64,000 nucleotides of DNA from Raillietiella orientalis (lineage: Eukaryota), in NCBI GenBank assembly GCA_036172245.1, contig JAYWIR010000021.1:2480001-2544000 (forward strand), in the 5' to 3' direction. The notes beneath the pieces were generated by a model. That model made no database searches. It was not told the DNA's origin and worked only from the letters and a program-made list of their open reading frames with translations. The first letter of the stretch is position 1. Each line of letters opens with the position of its first letter. This document shows, piece by piece, positions 37,848 to 50,036 of the stretch. Position numbers and translations under genes: made by a program.

Positions 37848-39650
37848 TTCTCACGCGGTCACGCTGGGGCGTTCTTGCCTTGAAAAAGCAAAACACACTG
37901 GGAATAAGGAGACCAAGTTTCATCCTTGAAAGCAGGAAAGTTTACGGAGGGGAACTCCCAACACACAGATCGGACAAGCAGACGGTCCGGAACAAGAGAA
38001 AGGGAAGGGACAGGGATCTTTGGCTTGGCACGCTCCTTCTTCTTTACAGACTTCGCGATACGAAGAAGATCCCTGGTGACATCTTGCGCATGCTCATGGG
38101 GGCAGCTGACTTCCCGTCGTCGCTACGAGGGTGGCCCCAGAGCGAGATGGTTGCGATCACTGGGCTGCACGAAAGCCCGTTGCGTGCGAAGGAGAGCCTC
38201 AGGCAAGTCTTTCGCGGTGCCCTCCTCCGCGTGCAGCCACGCTCAAGCCAGCCTCGGCAGCAGTTCTTGAAGGACGCCGTGATGCAGCAAGCAGCAGATG
38301 CGGCAGCAATTCGATCGCGCCGCGCCCGGAGCAGTTTGGGAACTCGTTCCCCAGGAAACGGGAAGTGGTAAGCGATTTGCACACGGGCGACCCCAGTGCA
38401 GGAAGATGGGCACGGCACATAGTGCAGGGACCACGAGTTCTGCGGAGAATACGCTCGGAATTTCCCCCCACCGAAGCCGTCCGTTGGTATGAGACCGTGA
38501 TGTGGATCGCTCGTCCTCCAGCCGCCTTGGAGTTTGGTCACTCCCTCAAGGGTGGCAGAAAACGTCCACCCGGCAGGTTGGCAGCCCTCGTCGCTTGCTT
38601 CGAGGGCAGACACGCTGTGACATACCACGCGGCTGCCCATCCACACCACTTTTTGGAGTTCTGCAGCGCCATTTCCAAGGGAATGCGGCGCAGATTTTCG
38701 AGGAGACGAAGCTCTTCTGAATGCACTTGCAAAGTGGATGACCGAATTTCCACAGCATCCTGCTGCCAAGCGTTGAAGTTTCAGGGACAGCAGGGCATCC
38801 GGCAATGCTGCTGTTGCATTGAGGCCATTCGCTTCGACGTACCCTCTCCGCTTTTCGCGGTCGAGAGGCAGCATCCAAGCGAATCCTCCACGGCCGGCTC
38901 AGAGCCACACGATGAGGCGTGCAGACTCCCACCACGGGGCAGCGCACACTTTGGAGCAAACGGCTAATGTCCTTGGCTTGCTGAGCCTCACTGGCAGTTT
39001 GACCAGCATCAGGGCATCCAAGGCAGCATCCTGGCACAGCTTCACCAAGTTCTTGAGGTGGAGGTCGCGGGTCCCCACAGGGATGTTTTCTGCAGATGTT
39101 TCGCGCCAAGCTTTACCAACTAGGGAGACTGACAAACAAAAAACAGAGACCCTCGAAAAATGGACAGCGTTCCGTGCCGGCAGCAGAAACCTGGAATCGA
39201 GGATCGGACCATCGCCGCCTTGCGAAGGCAGCCAAGCCGCGCTTCTGCGGAATGGAATTCGCCCGCAGGTACGCCGCAGGACTTGCAGCGCCTGCCCGTG
39301 GTGACCTCCAGGAGGATTCCGAAGCGGGGGGTCCGCAGTCTGCATGTGATACCTGTTAAACAGGAATTGACTGGGAGCACGGCGCAGCACATGGTTTCGT
39401 CCTGGTGTCAGCATGCGCTTCCATCACGCAAGGCCGTGTTTCTTTGCGCTGGAGGGCGCTCGTGCCAGCTGTGGGCGTCGCCCCCGCGCGGCAGCCAGAG
39501 CTCACGTGTCCCCCTCTGGGTTCACCATCGTGGAAGATGCAAGCTGGCTTTCGTCGGCCGGAGGCTGGCCTCCTCCCCTCCGTCCGTGGAGTCTTTCCAC
39601 CGCCTCTCGGCAGGAAACGTGGCAGCTGTGCACTGCTGCTCCGAATGAAT
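37848..39650 (-). mobile_element. 5'-truncated LINE copy: RT, C-terminus and 3' tail
   Basis: Post-RT LPVRLSKPRTLAVCSKVCAAPWW and C-terminal FARNGLSCSPVIATI (cf. FRSNGLSVGVIVATM at 30.1 kb). Diverged tail at 37848-38010 ends cgccccagcgtgaccgcgtgagaa. Confidence 0.75.
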
Positions 39651-40959
39651 GAATTTCTTGCCTGATTGGGATAATTCCTTCTTGGGAAGCGATCGCGATC
39701 CGGTTCAGGAGGGTGTCTCGTGCTTGTTCCCTTCTTTTCCAGCTAAGCCGAGAGGGAAAAGCAGCCTACAACTTTCGAGAAAGCAGTGACCTTCCGGAAG
39801 GAGACTCACTCTGCACGCTGCACGCAGGTGAACTGAGCAGCCGCGAAGCGTTTCCTACGCAGAAACCCGAATTCCTCCACAAATCTCCTGGCTCGCTCTG
39901 CTTCTCTAAGCAGTCCGGCGAGCATCGGTCATCCGCGATCTCGACCCACAGCTCGGCGCCTCCCCCAAGGAAGTCAGCCAATCTCGAAAAGATCATCGCT
40001 TTCCTTCTGGTTCTTCCGATTCTTGTGCAGAAGGATCTGGATGGAGCAGCGGCCTTGAAAGAGAATGCTTCCAATGAGGTATCTCTCCCGAACCTTTTTG
40101 GTTTTCAGAGCGATGTCCTAGTTACATCGCTTGACTCCAGATCTTCGACGACCCGAGTCTCTGCAAAAAAAAATAACAAAATCCACAGTCTACTGACTGG
40201 ATTTGTTCTATCCTCCCGAATGTGCTCTTCCCCTTTTATCTTTAACGGAATTCCATCTGCCTGGATGTGAAGTGCGATCAGATGAGTAGACAGCTATCTC
40301 CTTCCTGGAGCTTCTGGAGATTTCTAAGAACGGTTCGGGATTTGGATTGGAACGACATTCTCAACCATGCATTCCAGTCCGAAGTCCCCGGCATGGTCCA
40401 GTGGATGAAGAGGGAACTTGAGTCCTTGGGCTCTTCGGCTCACCCTGGCGTCCGGACTACTCTTGTAAAGGTTGCATAGCGTTCCCACCTGGACAGAATG
40501 CTGAGCTGTGGGGCTCGGTTTCGTTCCTCAGGAAGGATGAACGCCAGGATGAAGGGGCTCAAAGGTGGTCACAAAGGGGGAACACAGCTTCTTCGGCGTT
40601 TTACCACTCTTGAAATTGTCATCTCTGGAAGGAAAGATTGCCTTAGTGATTGATCCTGACATTAATCTTTCCAAATCTTGGTCCATCGGCGAGGTTCATG
40701 TTTCTCTTCGCTAAATCTTTCTGGGTACCACATGATAAATCCTGACCGTTTGATATGGTGTTGCTGACAGCTTAATACAGCTGTGGACCTAAAAGTTGTC
40801 AGCTCCATTTAGCAATTTTGGGAGACCAAGGGATCCCTTCGTTCGACAGACGTTTTTAGCTGGCTCGTCAGGCATGTCCTGAGTGTTTTCTGATATCGGA
40901 GTTGGTGAAGACCCTATCCGTCTTCTTCAATGCTCCCAGCCTCTGGTTGTGAAAGTTCT

Positions 40960-41600
40960 CATAGGAATTTCTTGAGGCATGTTGGGAGATCTCTTGGATT
41001 ACTATAGAATCGACCAGGTTCCTCGATGGATGGACAGAGGGTTAATTGGCAGACTCGATCGCTCGAAGAGTACGGACCCGTGGAATAGCGCATTACGAGC
41101 AAACTTTGGAAGACCTCTGCAGAAGTTGTGGTTTCCAAACTCGGATTGTACGGCTCTGTTCTTTCCCTCACATTCCAGCACACGATGGTGATGCTCTTTT
41201 TGCAACGGGGTTTCCCCAGTGCACGCAATGCCTTCACAAAGCAACGAGAGTGCTCTCTGGAACTGCATAAATGCGGTAGGGTTGAAAGGATCGGATGCGC
41301 TTCCTGGTAAAGCGTCACATCCATTTTTGAGGATGGGAGAGAACGGCTGCAGCCCTCTCGCACCCAACTGACATTGCTTCGGACCTTGTAAAGTGCTTGT
41401 TTCTGGAGTAGGAGCTCTTCACCGAGGCCAAGGTGCTGCTGCTTTGCTGTTGTAACCACGTCATAGTTTCCACACGTCTGAAACTTGAAACACTCCAATG
41501 ACAGGGAGGCCATTTTTCTGGTCGCTGGCACGGTGCAGTGTGTCTGCAAGTGGTCTCTCCTAGCAGTAGATGACAGGGATGAATCACGCTTGCGTGGTCT
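40960..41600 (-). mobile_element. Old RT-domain remnant
   Basis: WVREGC / GARGLQPFSPIL across a frameshift resembles RGVRQGCPLSP.L. Confidence 0.45.
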
Positions 41601-43501
41601 AAAGACTCAGAAGCTGTGGAGCTCAGGAATTCTGAAAATCCCTGTTTCCATCAAGTGTGCTCATGTTTCTCTGTTATTCATGAATTTGTTGCCCCATACT
41701 CATGAACATCATGAGTAAAAGTGTACTTAGACGATTCTCCTGAGTATATTCGTGAAGACGATTCTTAGGTATTCCTGTCGTTTAAATGTGTGTTGTTCTT
41801 CCTGCTAACGTCCCGTTGCAACCGGTTTCATATGGACCAATTCCTTGTGTTTGGGTTTCCTACTGAGGCGAACATGAGGAAAGGTAGAATTCCGATAGTC
41901 ATTGAAAGCCTGTAGGTGACTCTGGAATGAAGGCCTCTTCCTGGTTACGAATACTCCAGAACAATGAATCACAGCAGCTCAGGCTGAAGCATCTCCGCTC
42001 GGAAATTTTTTTACGGGAACTTGGTTCTCTTCCCAGAGGAGACCTTGAATTTCAGGACTTCTAGGAGAGCTTCCAAGAACATCAGCCAGTCTCCAAACGC
42101 TTTTCCCCTGGAGAGCTTGATGCTAGATCTACTCTCCTGGAGACGCTGTTCAGGGACTTGGATTAGGTGCTTGTCCCATTTTCTGTTCCTTTGATATGCA
42201 GAAGACTCACCTTTGGTAGCCGCTCCGCAGAGGCATCCCGTTCGCTCGGAGACGTGCACCCGAGGTCATGCCTCCCTTTTCGAAGGAATACGTAGGACAG
42301 CCATATCCATAGAAATAGAATGCCATCTCGTAAGCTGACTCGGGAGGATCCCCAAAAGGAGACATGCAGGAAGCACGCGACAGATAGTCGGAACTTCGGG
42401 AAAAGTTCACAATGACAACGGCTTAAGGACCGTGAGATGGCCAGGGATTGGGGAAATAGGAGGGAATGCCACCTGCCTCTCCGGAATCCGTACGCCCATA
42501 GAAATGATCCTCTTATTCCTTCCAGGCTTTCCCCCTAGCCCTTCTGTCTTCGAAGAGATGGTTCCTCAACTGGAGGCCCAGAAGAGTCCGGTGGAAAAAG
42601 TGGACTCTCTGGAATAGCACCCTTTTGCAACAAGGAAGGCAAAAGGAAGGATATTCTTCTGAAGAAGGCATTGCATTGGATCCGGACAGCATCTCTTCCA
42701 GTGACCACCTCTACTTACACAGCCTAGGGAGCACTGCTCCGGCTCAACTCCAGGGAAATGCTTTCCTCCTGGGAGTGAGAAGGAAAGAGAGGAGAGCATC
42801 CCATGTCCTCGAACATCAGGAGCTTCCTAGTGCTTTTTCTTGTGAGCCTCTAGCACTCCACAATTCGCCCGACTTCCCTTAGCCGGATCTTTTGGCATGG
42901 CTTCGCCCCTTCCCCCACGGGGGAGAGTAACCAGGAGGTAGTAACCCTCTCTGCTACAACGATTCCTGTAAGAACCGATTCCCTACGATAGATGTTTACG
43001 TATTCTACGTGCGTAAAGGTACCGGAGGAAAAATCCCTCAGGTCAGTGGTTGCTGCAGCTTTGCGACGTCCGACCTGCCATTCCAGCTCTCCAGGAAGGT
43101 TTCACCCAAAGGTTCCCATAGCATCACCTCCAGCTGCATCTCCCTTTGTCATGTCCTCTAGCGAGGAGATCAGGAGGTGCTGAGGAGACCTTTCGGAGCC
43201 ACGGTGTGTGTTCCTCCATCTTTCTCTCCGGGACGAAGGAGTGGGAGCGGTACCAGCGTCCCTTCCTGCCATGTAGTGGCCGCGCAGTCACCTCCTCCTT
43301 ATTTTTCCGTTCAGGACCCGGCTGAAGTCGGGAAGATGAGAGCGGGGGATGATTCTCTCCACGCTCCCCATCCTCACCCAGCCGTCCTCCTGCCTATCGC
43401 TGACGAGTCAGAGTATGGATGTCTCCAAGAGTTTTTACCCAATTACGCCAGAGCTTCTGCTGTAAATCTTAAATAGATCTATACATAAATATAAAATATA
43501 A

Positions 43502-43545
43502 TTTTTTTCCATATGGCTAGAAATAAATAGCCATATGGAAAAAAA
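43502..43545. repeat. Perfect inverted repeat, 18-bp arms, 8-nt loop
   Basis: TTTTTTTCCATATGGCTA-gaaataaa-TAGCCATATGGAAAAAAA. Confidence 0.9.
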
Positions 43546-45706
43546 AAGGGGGTCATTCTTTCTCAGTGATATTAGAAATCCCACCGTATGTCGGTACAAG
43601 ACCTGAAGGCGTCTCTTCTAGCAGGCAGATTGCCCAGCGATCTGCCTGCTAGAAGAAAAGCATGCAAGGTCTGCAGAGAATAGAAATGGGAGGGCACTCG
43701 ACATATCTTCGTATCCCTCCATGAGGACTCTAGGGACAGAGGAAAGAACGACTTGGGGTCGCAAGAACGACTGTTGCGAATCGACACTCACGATTCCTAG
43801 GCTCTGAAGCCTTGTCCGAGTCGTTTCCCAAGCACCTTCTGTCGAAAGGGTGAGCATTAGCGCATCCGTTACTCTTCGCATGGTTTTTCCTACACACCAT
43901 CTCTCCCTTGGCCGGGAGAGCAATGTTCAAAGGAGTAATGACAGTAGAAGGTAACCTTTTCTTTTCTGGTGGGAGAACAGCATAAATCAGGCGGAACCCC
44001 ACGCCGCAGCAGCATCCATCAGAGCAGCTCTCTCCTGTGGTTTCTTTTTTAGCAAAGGCAAAGATTCGGAAGCTTCAAGATCGCGAATCGACGACTGCCG
44101 ACCCAAGGCTACCGATGTCTCTCGTTCACTTACCCATTCACTTTTCTCGCAACTCTCGAACTTCCGGACCCACGAGAGTTGATGACCTCAGGGTATGCGG
44201 CAAAAGTCATTTAGTGACGTCTGTATGAGTACCCACAGTCCTTGCTCAGAGAAGTTTCCAGACTGGGAACGTAAGACATGAAGGCAAACCGCTGAGGTCC
44301 GCGCTCTTTTGTTTTCCTCATTCGCTTGTCTTGAGGGCTGAAGAGACTGTCTGCCTCTCCGTTATCCATCTTAAAGGCAGCGAAAGTTAGTGGCTTGAGG
44401 TCTGAGTAATCACTGCTGCCATGAGAAATGTATTTTGATGCTTTCAGGTCTGAACTCACGTGACCTACATATGACCTTGACATTTTGCGTTAGTTCACCA
44501 TGTACGCACACTGCCATTGATGCACTGTTCCACATCGACCAGAGCAGCAGAAGCCGATTACGGGGGATGTTCATGGATAAGGAAAAGATTGTGTTGGAAA
44601 ATTCTTAATTATTCACCCTGTTCGAGGTCAAGTTTAATAACCCTTTTCCTCCAGCACACAATGCGATAGCTGTTATTTTAGAACCAGACATCAGAACTCA
44701 AGATATGGTCGGTAAGCCACAAGCCACAATACTATGCTTTTAAATATTCCTTAATCGTTCCACGCCTCTGGTAATCAAAGGTAGATCATTGCAATTTCAA
44801 TTCTGCTTGAGAACTTTTTAACATGAGCAACGTAAGCTGAGGAAAAGCTTCTAAGCTCGAACTGCCACCACTCATTTACGAGAGCATTTTAACTGAAACT
44901 TGAAAAAAGTTTCGTGTAACTTTAGGAACTTTTAGACGCACGGAGTTGTATATAATTATATATGGAGTTACATGTAAGTTCAAATTCAGTAGTACGATGG
45001 AACCTTCCATAAGCACTGAACACTTCTTGCAACTTCAGATTTGCAGTTTCCAATTTGTTCAAGAGCTGGTTGAAAATCAAGTTAAGTTACGTTTAAATCA
45101 AGTTAAGTTTAACAAGAAACAACCAGGTTCAGAACTGCTAGTCACGCCTCTCAATTTGATGCCTAATCATTTACTAATTCTGTCAACTGACTTCTACAGA
45201 AAAGGAAGAAATTCGTTTTCAGCAAAATCTCAAACCCTTAACTTTAGGGGTGCAAGATTCCATTGACACGCAATGTTTCAGACTAAATGAAGAGAGTAAC
45301 CGTAATCTTTCAATTTGGTCAATCAAAGCAATGAGTTTTGTCTTAATCAACTGTATTTACATAAAACACAGTAAAAGTACTTTTGTAGTCTTCAAACCTG
45401 AATGATAAACCATAAGCTTTTCAATTATTTGCTGGCTGCTTTTTGGGTGCACTGCACCCTGCTTGTTCTTCCATACTTACATGCAAAGTTACCTCCATAC
45501 ATTGATTTCGGAAATTCCAAGTGAATGCAGGAGCAGGCAGCTGCTTCAAAGTATTCTGGCCTACCTGGGAAGCAGCTTGAAAATTATCAGTGATTTCCAA
45601 CACAATGCTGAAGCATTATGACTGCTTTTCAAGGACAGTTCAAGACACCTCTGAATATGGAACAAAATTGTAGGCAAGTGATATATGCATGAAAGTATTT
45701 CATGAA

Positions 45707-45764
45707 TTTATTTATGAAATAAAAGTTTACATCACTTGTTCTATCAAAAAAAAAAAAAAAAAAA
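45707..45764 (-). promoter_or_regulatory. Cyclin B 3'UTR elements: U19 tract, CPE (UUUUAU), poly(A) hexamer AAUAAA
   Basis: On the minus strand: U19 (45764-45746), TTTTAT (45724-45719), AATAAA (45712-45707). The hexamer lies about 107 nt after the stop codon. Confidence 0.65.
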
Positions 45765-45818
45765 GGCTAGCTGGCTGAACAGCAAAATTACACAGTAACT
45801 AAGCATAGACCACATGCT

Positions 45819-47636
45819 TTAAGAGTTCAGAGATAGCCGGTAGATTTGTTGATTTCTCAGTTGAGGTAATGAGCTTATATTATTCAATTTAGAGCTTGAA
45901 TACTTTAGCCGTACTGCCTGAACAGATTTAAGGGAGGCAGACCATATATAAACTGCCATTTGTCTCACAACAGGCATGATTTCTTGTAAACTGTAACCAG
46001 TATATTCTTGGAGAACTGGTGACCAATTTGGCAGAGAATTTGTTTCGAAGCTTGCATCAAAAATATGGAAAGTCAAACATGTTGCAGCAGCAGCTTGTAA
46101 AGATGCAGGCACTGAACACATACTGTATTCAATCAGTGCTAATTCTAAGATGTACTTGGCAAGAGCATGCTCACTGGATAAAGCCTAAAGAAATAATGAA
46201 AAACGTGAATGAATAACACACATACAAGCAAATCAATATGCTGCTGCTGCTATCACATGTCTGATTGACTTGCACTGACCAAGTGTAAGAAAGCATGCTT
46301 ACCCCACCAATCTTGCTGTTTCTTCTTAAAAAATGAATAGGAAGTGGTTTGTTGAGTCGGAATTCTAGGGTTTTCAGCATGTTAAGCTCCATTTTGCAAA
46401 TGTCACTTTTTGAGTAGGTTTTTTTTGTAACATACTCAAAGTCAGTAATGCTGGGTGGGTACATTTCTTCATATTTGGAAGCAATGAATAAAGCGGTAAT
46501 ACCAACCAATTGTAGTTTGTGTATTTCTGTCGCGCGGTCTTTCTGTAAAATAATGGGATAACATGCACATATGACACCAAGATGTTTTACCTGCAAGTAC
46601 CTATCCAAAATATCTACACACATATATAATGTTTCAGGAAGCAAATTGAATCTCAAATGAACATCAACCAGCCAATCAACCAAAATTGCTCGCATTGCTG
46701 AAGTTATCTTTTGACCACCAAGAAAATTTGGTTTCACACAATACTGTCTCTGAAAAGACATCTGCATGTCATACAACAAATTTTACAGTATGTAACATGT
46801 GTATTCATGTAGCAGTAAAAATGATTCAACTTCTATCAAAAAGCAACAAGAAATGTGCATGTCACTTGGGATCCTACATTGAAATTGTTTTAACTCTAAC
46901 CTCCAAGCATTTTAAATAAACATAAATGTCTTTCACATATTCTGACACCATGAAAGGATTGTCTGAATCGTCTTCATCAACATCTACTGAAAATGTCATA
47001 GTTGAAAATGCCGCAGCAACTGTCATAACTGCATCATCTTTGTCCTGATACATCATAACAAATATGTGGGTCAAGTAATTTAATATTTACAGTTTTTGCT
47101 AAATGCGAATCAGATTTAGAATTTGCTTGTGTTTTCGAGTCCAATTTGCAGTTCTGATGTGGAACAAGGCTTTTTGTAGGCAGTGGTCCATCCTTTCTCA
47201 GTGGGTTTGCTCTTTTTTCCAGAAACATGGGAATTAAAGATTATAGTGGGCAAATGATGAAGATAAAATTAGATGTCAACAAAATTATGATTACAAGATT
47301 ATTTAATTGAAATTGTCATAGCATAGGACACCTACATCACAGGCAATTTTGCATTTTCCGATTTCTTCACGAATGTCTTCGATGTGCGAAGAGTTTCTCT
47401 ATTTGGTGCATTGCTAACATCAGTTAGGGCGGTTCTCTGAAGAACCGCATTTTGGAATACTTGCTTAGGTTTTGCCTTAACATCATCTCCAATGTTCGAA
47501 ATTGCATTTACTTTCTTTTTCTGATGGCCGAGAAAACACGGTTAGTATTTCAATCAGAATCAAAAACCGAAAAGTGCGGTAACTGGAAAAGAAAACTTAC
47601 TTGTGGGAGGACGCACTTTCTCATGTTAAGAGCCAT
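45819..47636 (-). CDS. CCNB: G2/mitotic-specific cyclin B; 7 exons: 47636-47601, 47520-47336, 47211-47091, 47044-46901, 46749-46591, 46542-46303, 46184-45819 (1251 nt, 416 aa)
   Basis: MAL start, D-box RTALTDVSN (47436-47410), AFS..DVDEDD..NP.MVSEYVKDIY, MRAILVDWLVDVH.RF.LLPETL, KLQLVGITALFIASKYEEMYPP, PLPIHFLRRNSK, HALAKYILEL, VRLKYSSSK. All six introns (46-151 nt) are GT-AG and keep frame. The intron-2 acceptor is the least certain junction. Confidence 0.95.
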
Positions 47637-47808
47637 TCCACACAATCAGATTTCTTGGACAAGTACGCAGACTTGCATCAAATTATCTTGCAATTGTCAT
47701 TTACTTTCACAAAAACTACAACTACCGCCACTACCCGTACCATCAAGCATACCGAATGCACGAGAATTCGTTGCAAGCGATTTAAATTCGATGCCTGTTA
47801 CTTTTCAG

Positions 47809-47885
47809 GTCACGTGACAGAGAAACAGCTGTTGGTACCACTCGAAAACTGATTTTTAAAATAGCCAGACTTTGAAAATTTCAAA
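47809..47885 (-). promoter_or_regulatory. Candidate cyclin B promoter: E-box palindrome and inverted pair of CHR-like motifs
   Basis: GTCACGTGAC (47809-47818), AACAGCTGTT (47824-47833) and TTTGAAA-a-TTTCAAA (47871-47885), 170-250 bp upstream of the ATG. Confidence 0.5.
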
Positions 47886-49993
47886 ACAAAAATTGCACGG
47901 TGTTAAAACATCTGCTGAATGTGCTGAAAAATAAAAGGGATGATGAAATCACATGATGCGTTTGTTTCTATTCAGCCAAAGTAACTTTTCGAAACGAAAA
48001 CGTGAATTCTGCCTTTGTGATTTTTCTTTTTCTTTTTTACGCGCAAAACAGGATCACGTTAAGGCTCCATTAATGAGATAATGTTGCTATATAAATTCTC
48101 TTTATACAAAATAAGTATACACAGCTTCCATTTGAGCAATTATTCCTGGATGTTATTTAGCTATGCAAAGAACGAAGATTCCAAGTTTTCGTGAATACCG
48201 AATTAATTTACTTGCTCCAATGAAGAAATATTATGTACTTATTTTGAACGATTTATTTAGAGGCCTTCACATGAATAAATATTATATTTTAAAAATTTGC
48301 CTTCAAACAATAAGCTTTACGTTTGTGTCTCCGGAAACGCCGAATTCTAACGAAAGGCTCAGTGACGTAACGTTATTCTTTATTTAAAATTTTTCGTTTT
48401 CGATCTTTCAAATGCCACGGAAATTTGCCCATTTGGCTTTATTTTTTTTTTAATTTGATCGATGGAATTCCAGCTGCTTGGAGTTTCAATTTCAAATGTC
48501 AACTATTTGATCACACTGACGATGCGATGAAAAAGAACCTTAGAAAGCATTTGATACGAAGTCACAAGCATTCGTTGCCGCATTCATTTCGTTCCATTTA
48601 CTTAATAGGCGGATGTAATATTTACTACTATTTCCTTTCATCCATTTTTGACATGGCAGTTTTGAAATACAGGAACAAAATATGATCCGTAACGAATTTC
48701 AACATGGTGTTTCTTATCAATTTTTTTAAAAAAAAAAAAAAAAAGATAATGAATGTAAGGGGTCACAAAATGAACGACAGACGTACCATGTTAGAAATTT
48801 TTTGTTTCATAGAATGTGAAAAGTAAATGCAAGTACTTGAGTACTCCGGGAGAAGGATATTCGTTTATTAGTGGGATTTCTCTTACGAGGCCTTTTTGAG
48901 TGATTTTTTAATTGACTGGTTGTCGCTAATCACAATTTGCTCTTTGGAGCCCTCTGCTTCATCACACTTGATGGATTCACTCCCTTAGGCAATCGATCTA
49001 CAGTGCTACGTGAACGTTTCAGATCTTGGGAAGCAAATGTGGTGATGCTATCCAAAATTCGTAGAAATTTCCCATCTATGGGTGCACTGTATGTTGTTTA
49101 CAATAAGTGCAGTGTTTTCGGAACGTCTTTTCTAGAACGGACTCATAATTTCACTTCTTCTGAACACACGTGTTATGTTTGTAAGTAACGCAGAAGTGTA
49201 TCACTATTGTACCAGCACTGTGAAAGTCCATTCTGGAGTCTGTTTTGATCGGATTACTTTTCTGGGTGCCGTTGACTCAGGGAATGCTCCCACATTTGCA
49301 TGTTAGTCAGCTACGAAAAATGACTTCATTAAGTTCGACATTCATGCTCGCATGAACACTTGAAATGAATGCAGTTCATACCCTCAGTCAAAACGCTGTG
49401 TCCAAAGTAACAGTTAAGACAGATAGTTTATCAGAATGAAGAATGAGAAGGATACAAGAAAAGAGAACCGTATGTTTCAAAACTACGCAAGCGTGTGTGC
49501 TTGTGGTAATATGGCAGATAGGTGAACCCAAATCCGGTTATAAACCCTGATGGAACGGGAATTTCTCTTAATGAGGGATTCCCAGGGTTGTTATAGACTC
49601 AGCAGCTGGTTCCCGCATGCCTGGAAGGCAGCTTCTGTACCATACAAGAGAAGCAGTGAAATTGGTTTCTGGAACGCAGAATGGTAAAAGCGAATTTCTT
49701 CTCGAGGCGAGAGTGGATGAAGACGTTTCAAAAAAACAAAAAAAATAAACCAAAGTCTTTAAAATGGGAACTAAAGCGAAGGGAAAAAAAACAAGCAAAC
49801 GGAAAAAGGAAAAAAAAATTCCAACGAATTCGGGGAAAAAACCTTTGAAATGAGCTTCAGAGACAAAATGTTAGCGGGAATTCGATGACTAGGATGCTTG
49901 ATGTCATGGGAGCTGCATCCCAACTCCAGCGGAGGAAGAAGTTCCACGTGATTGCGGATGCAGTACACATGGTGTCGCACGCGGCATTTCCTC

Positions 49994-50036
49994 AGATATG
50001 GAAACAGTTTTAGGGCCTAAAACTGTTTCCATATCT
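49994..50036. repeat. Perfect palindrome, 21-bp arms, 1-nt spacer
   Basis: AGATATGGAAACAGTTTTAGG-g-CCTAAAACTGTTTCCATATCT. Confidence 0.95.

Noticed and set aside
38044..38967. Long ORFs (276 and 278 aa) and similar GC-rich ORFs as novel genes
   Set aside because: They are chance open or antisense frames over frameshifted LINE ORF2 sequence.
46171..46779. 202-aa single-exon ORF as the cyclin gene
   Set aside because: It reads through introns. The spliced 7-exon model restores the conserved motifs.
48937..49380. Possible exons of a second host gene upstream of cyclin B
   Set aside because: Only short open stretches, with no recognisable domain or consistent splice model.
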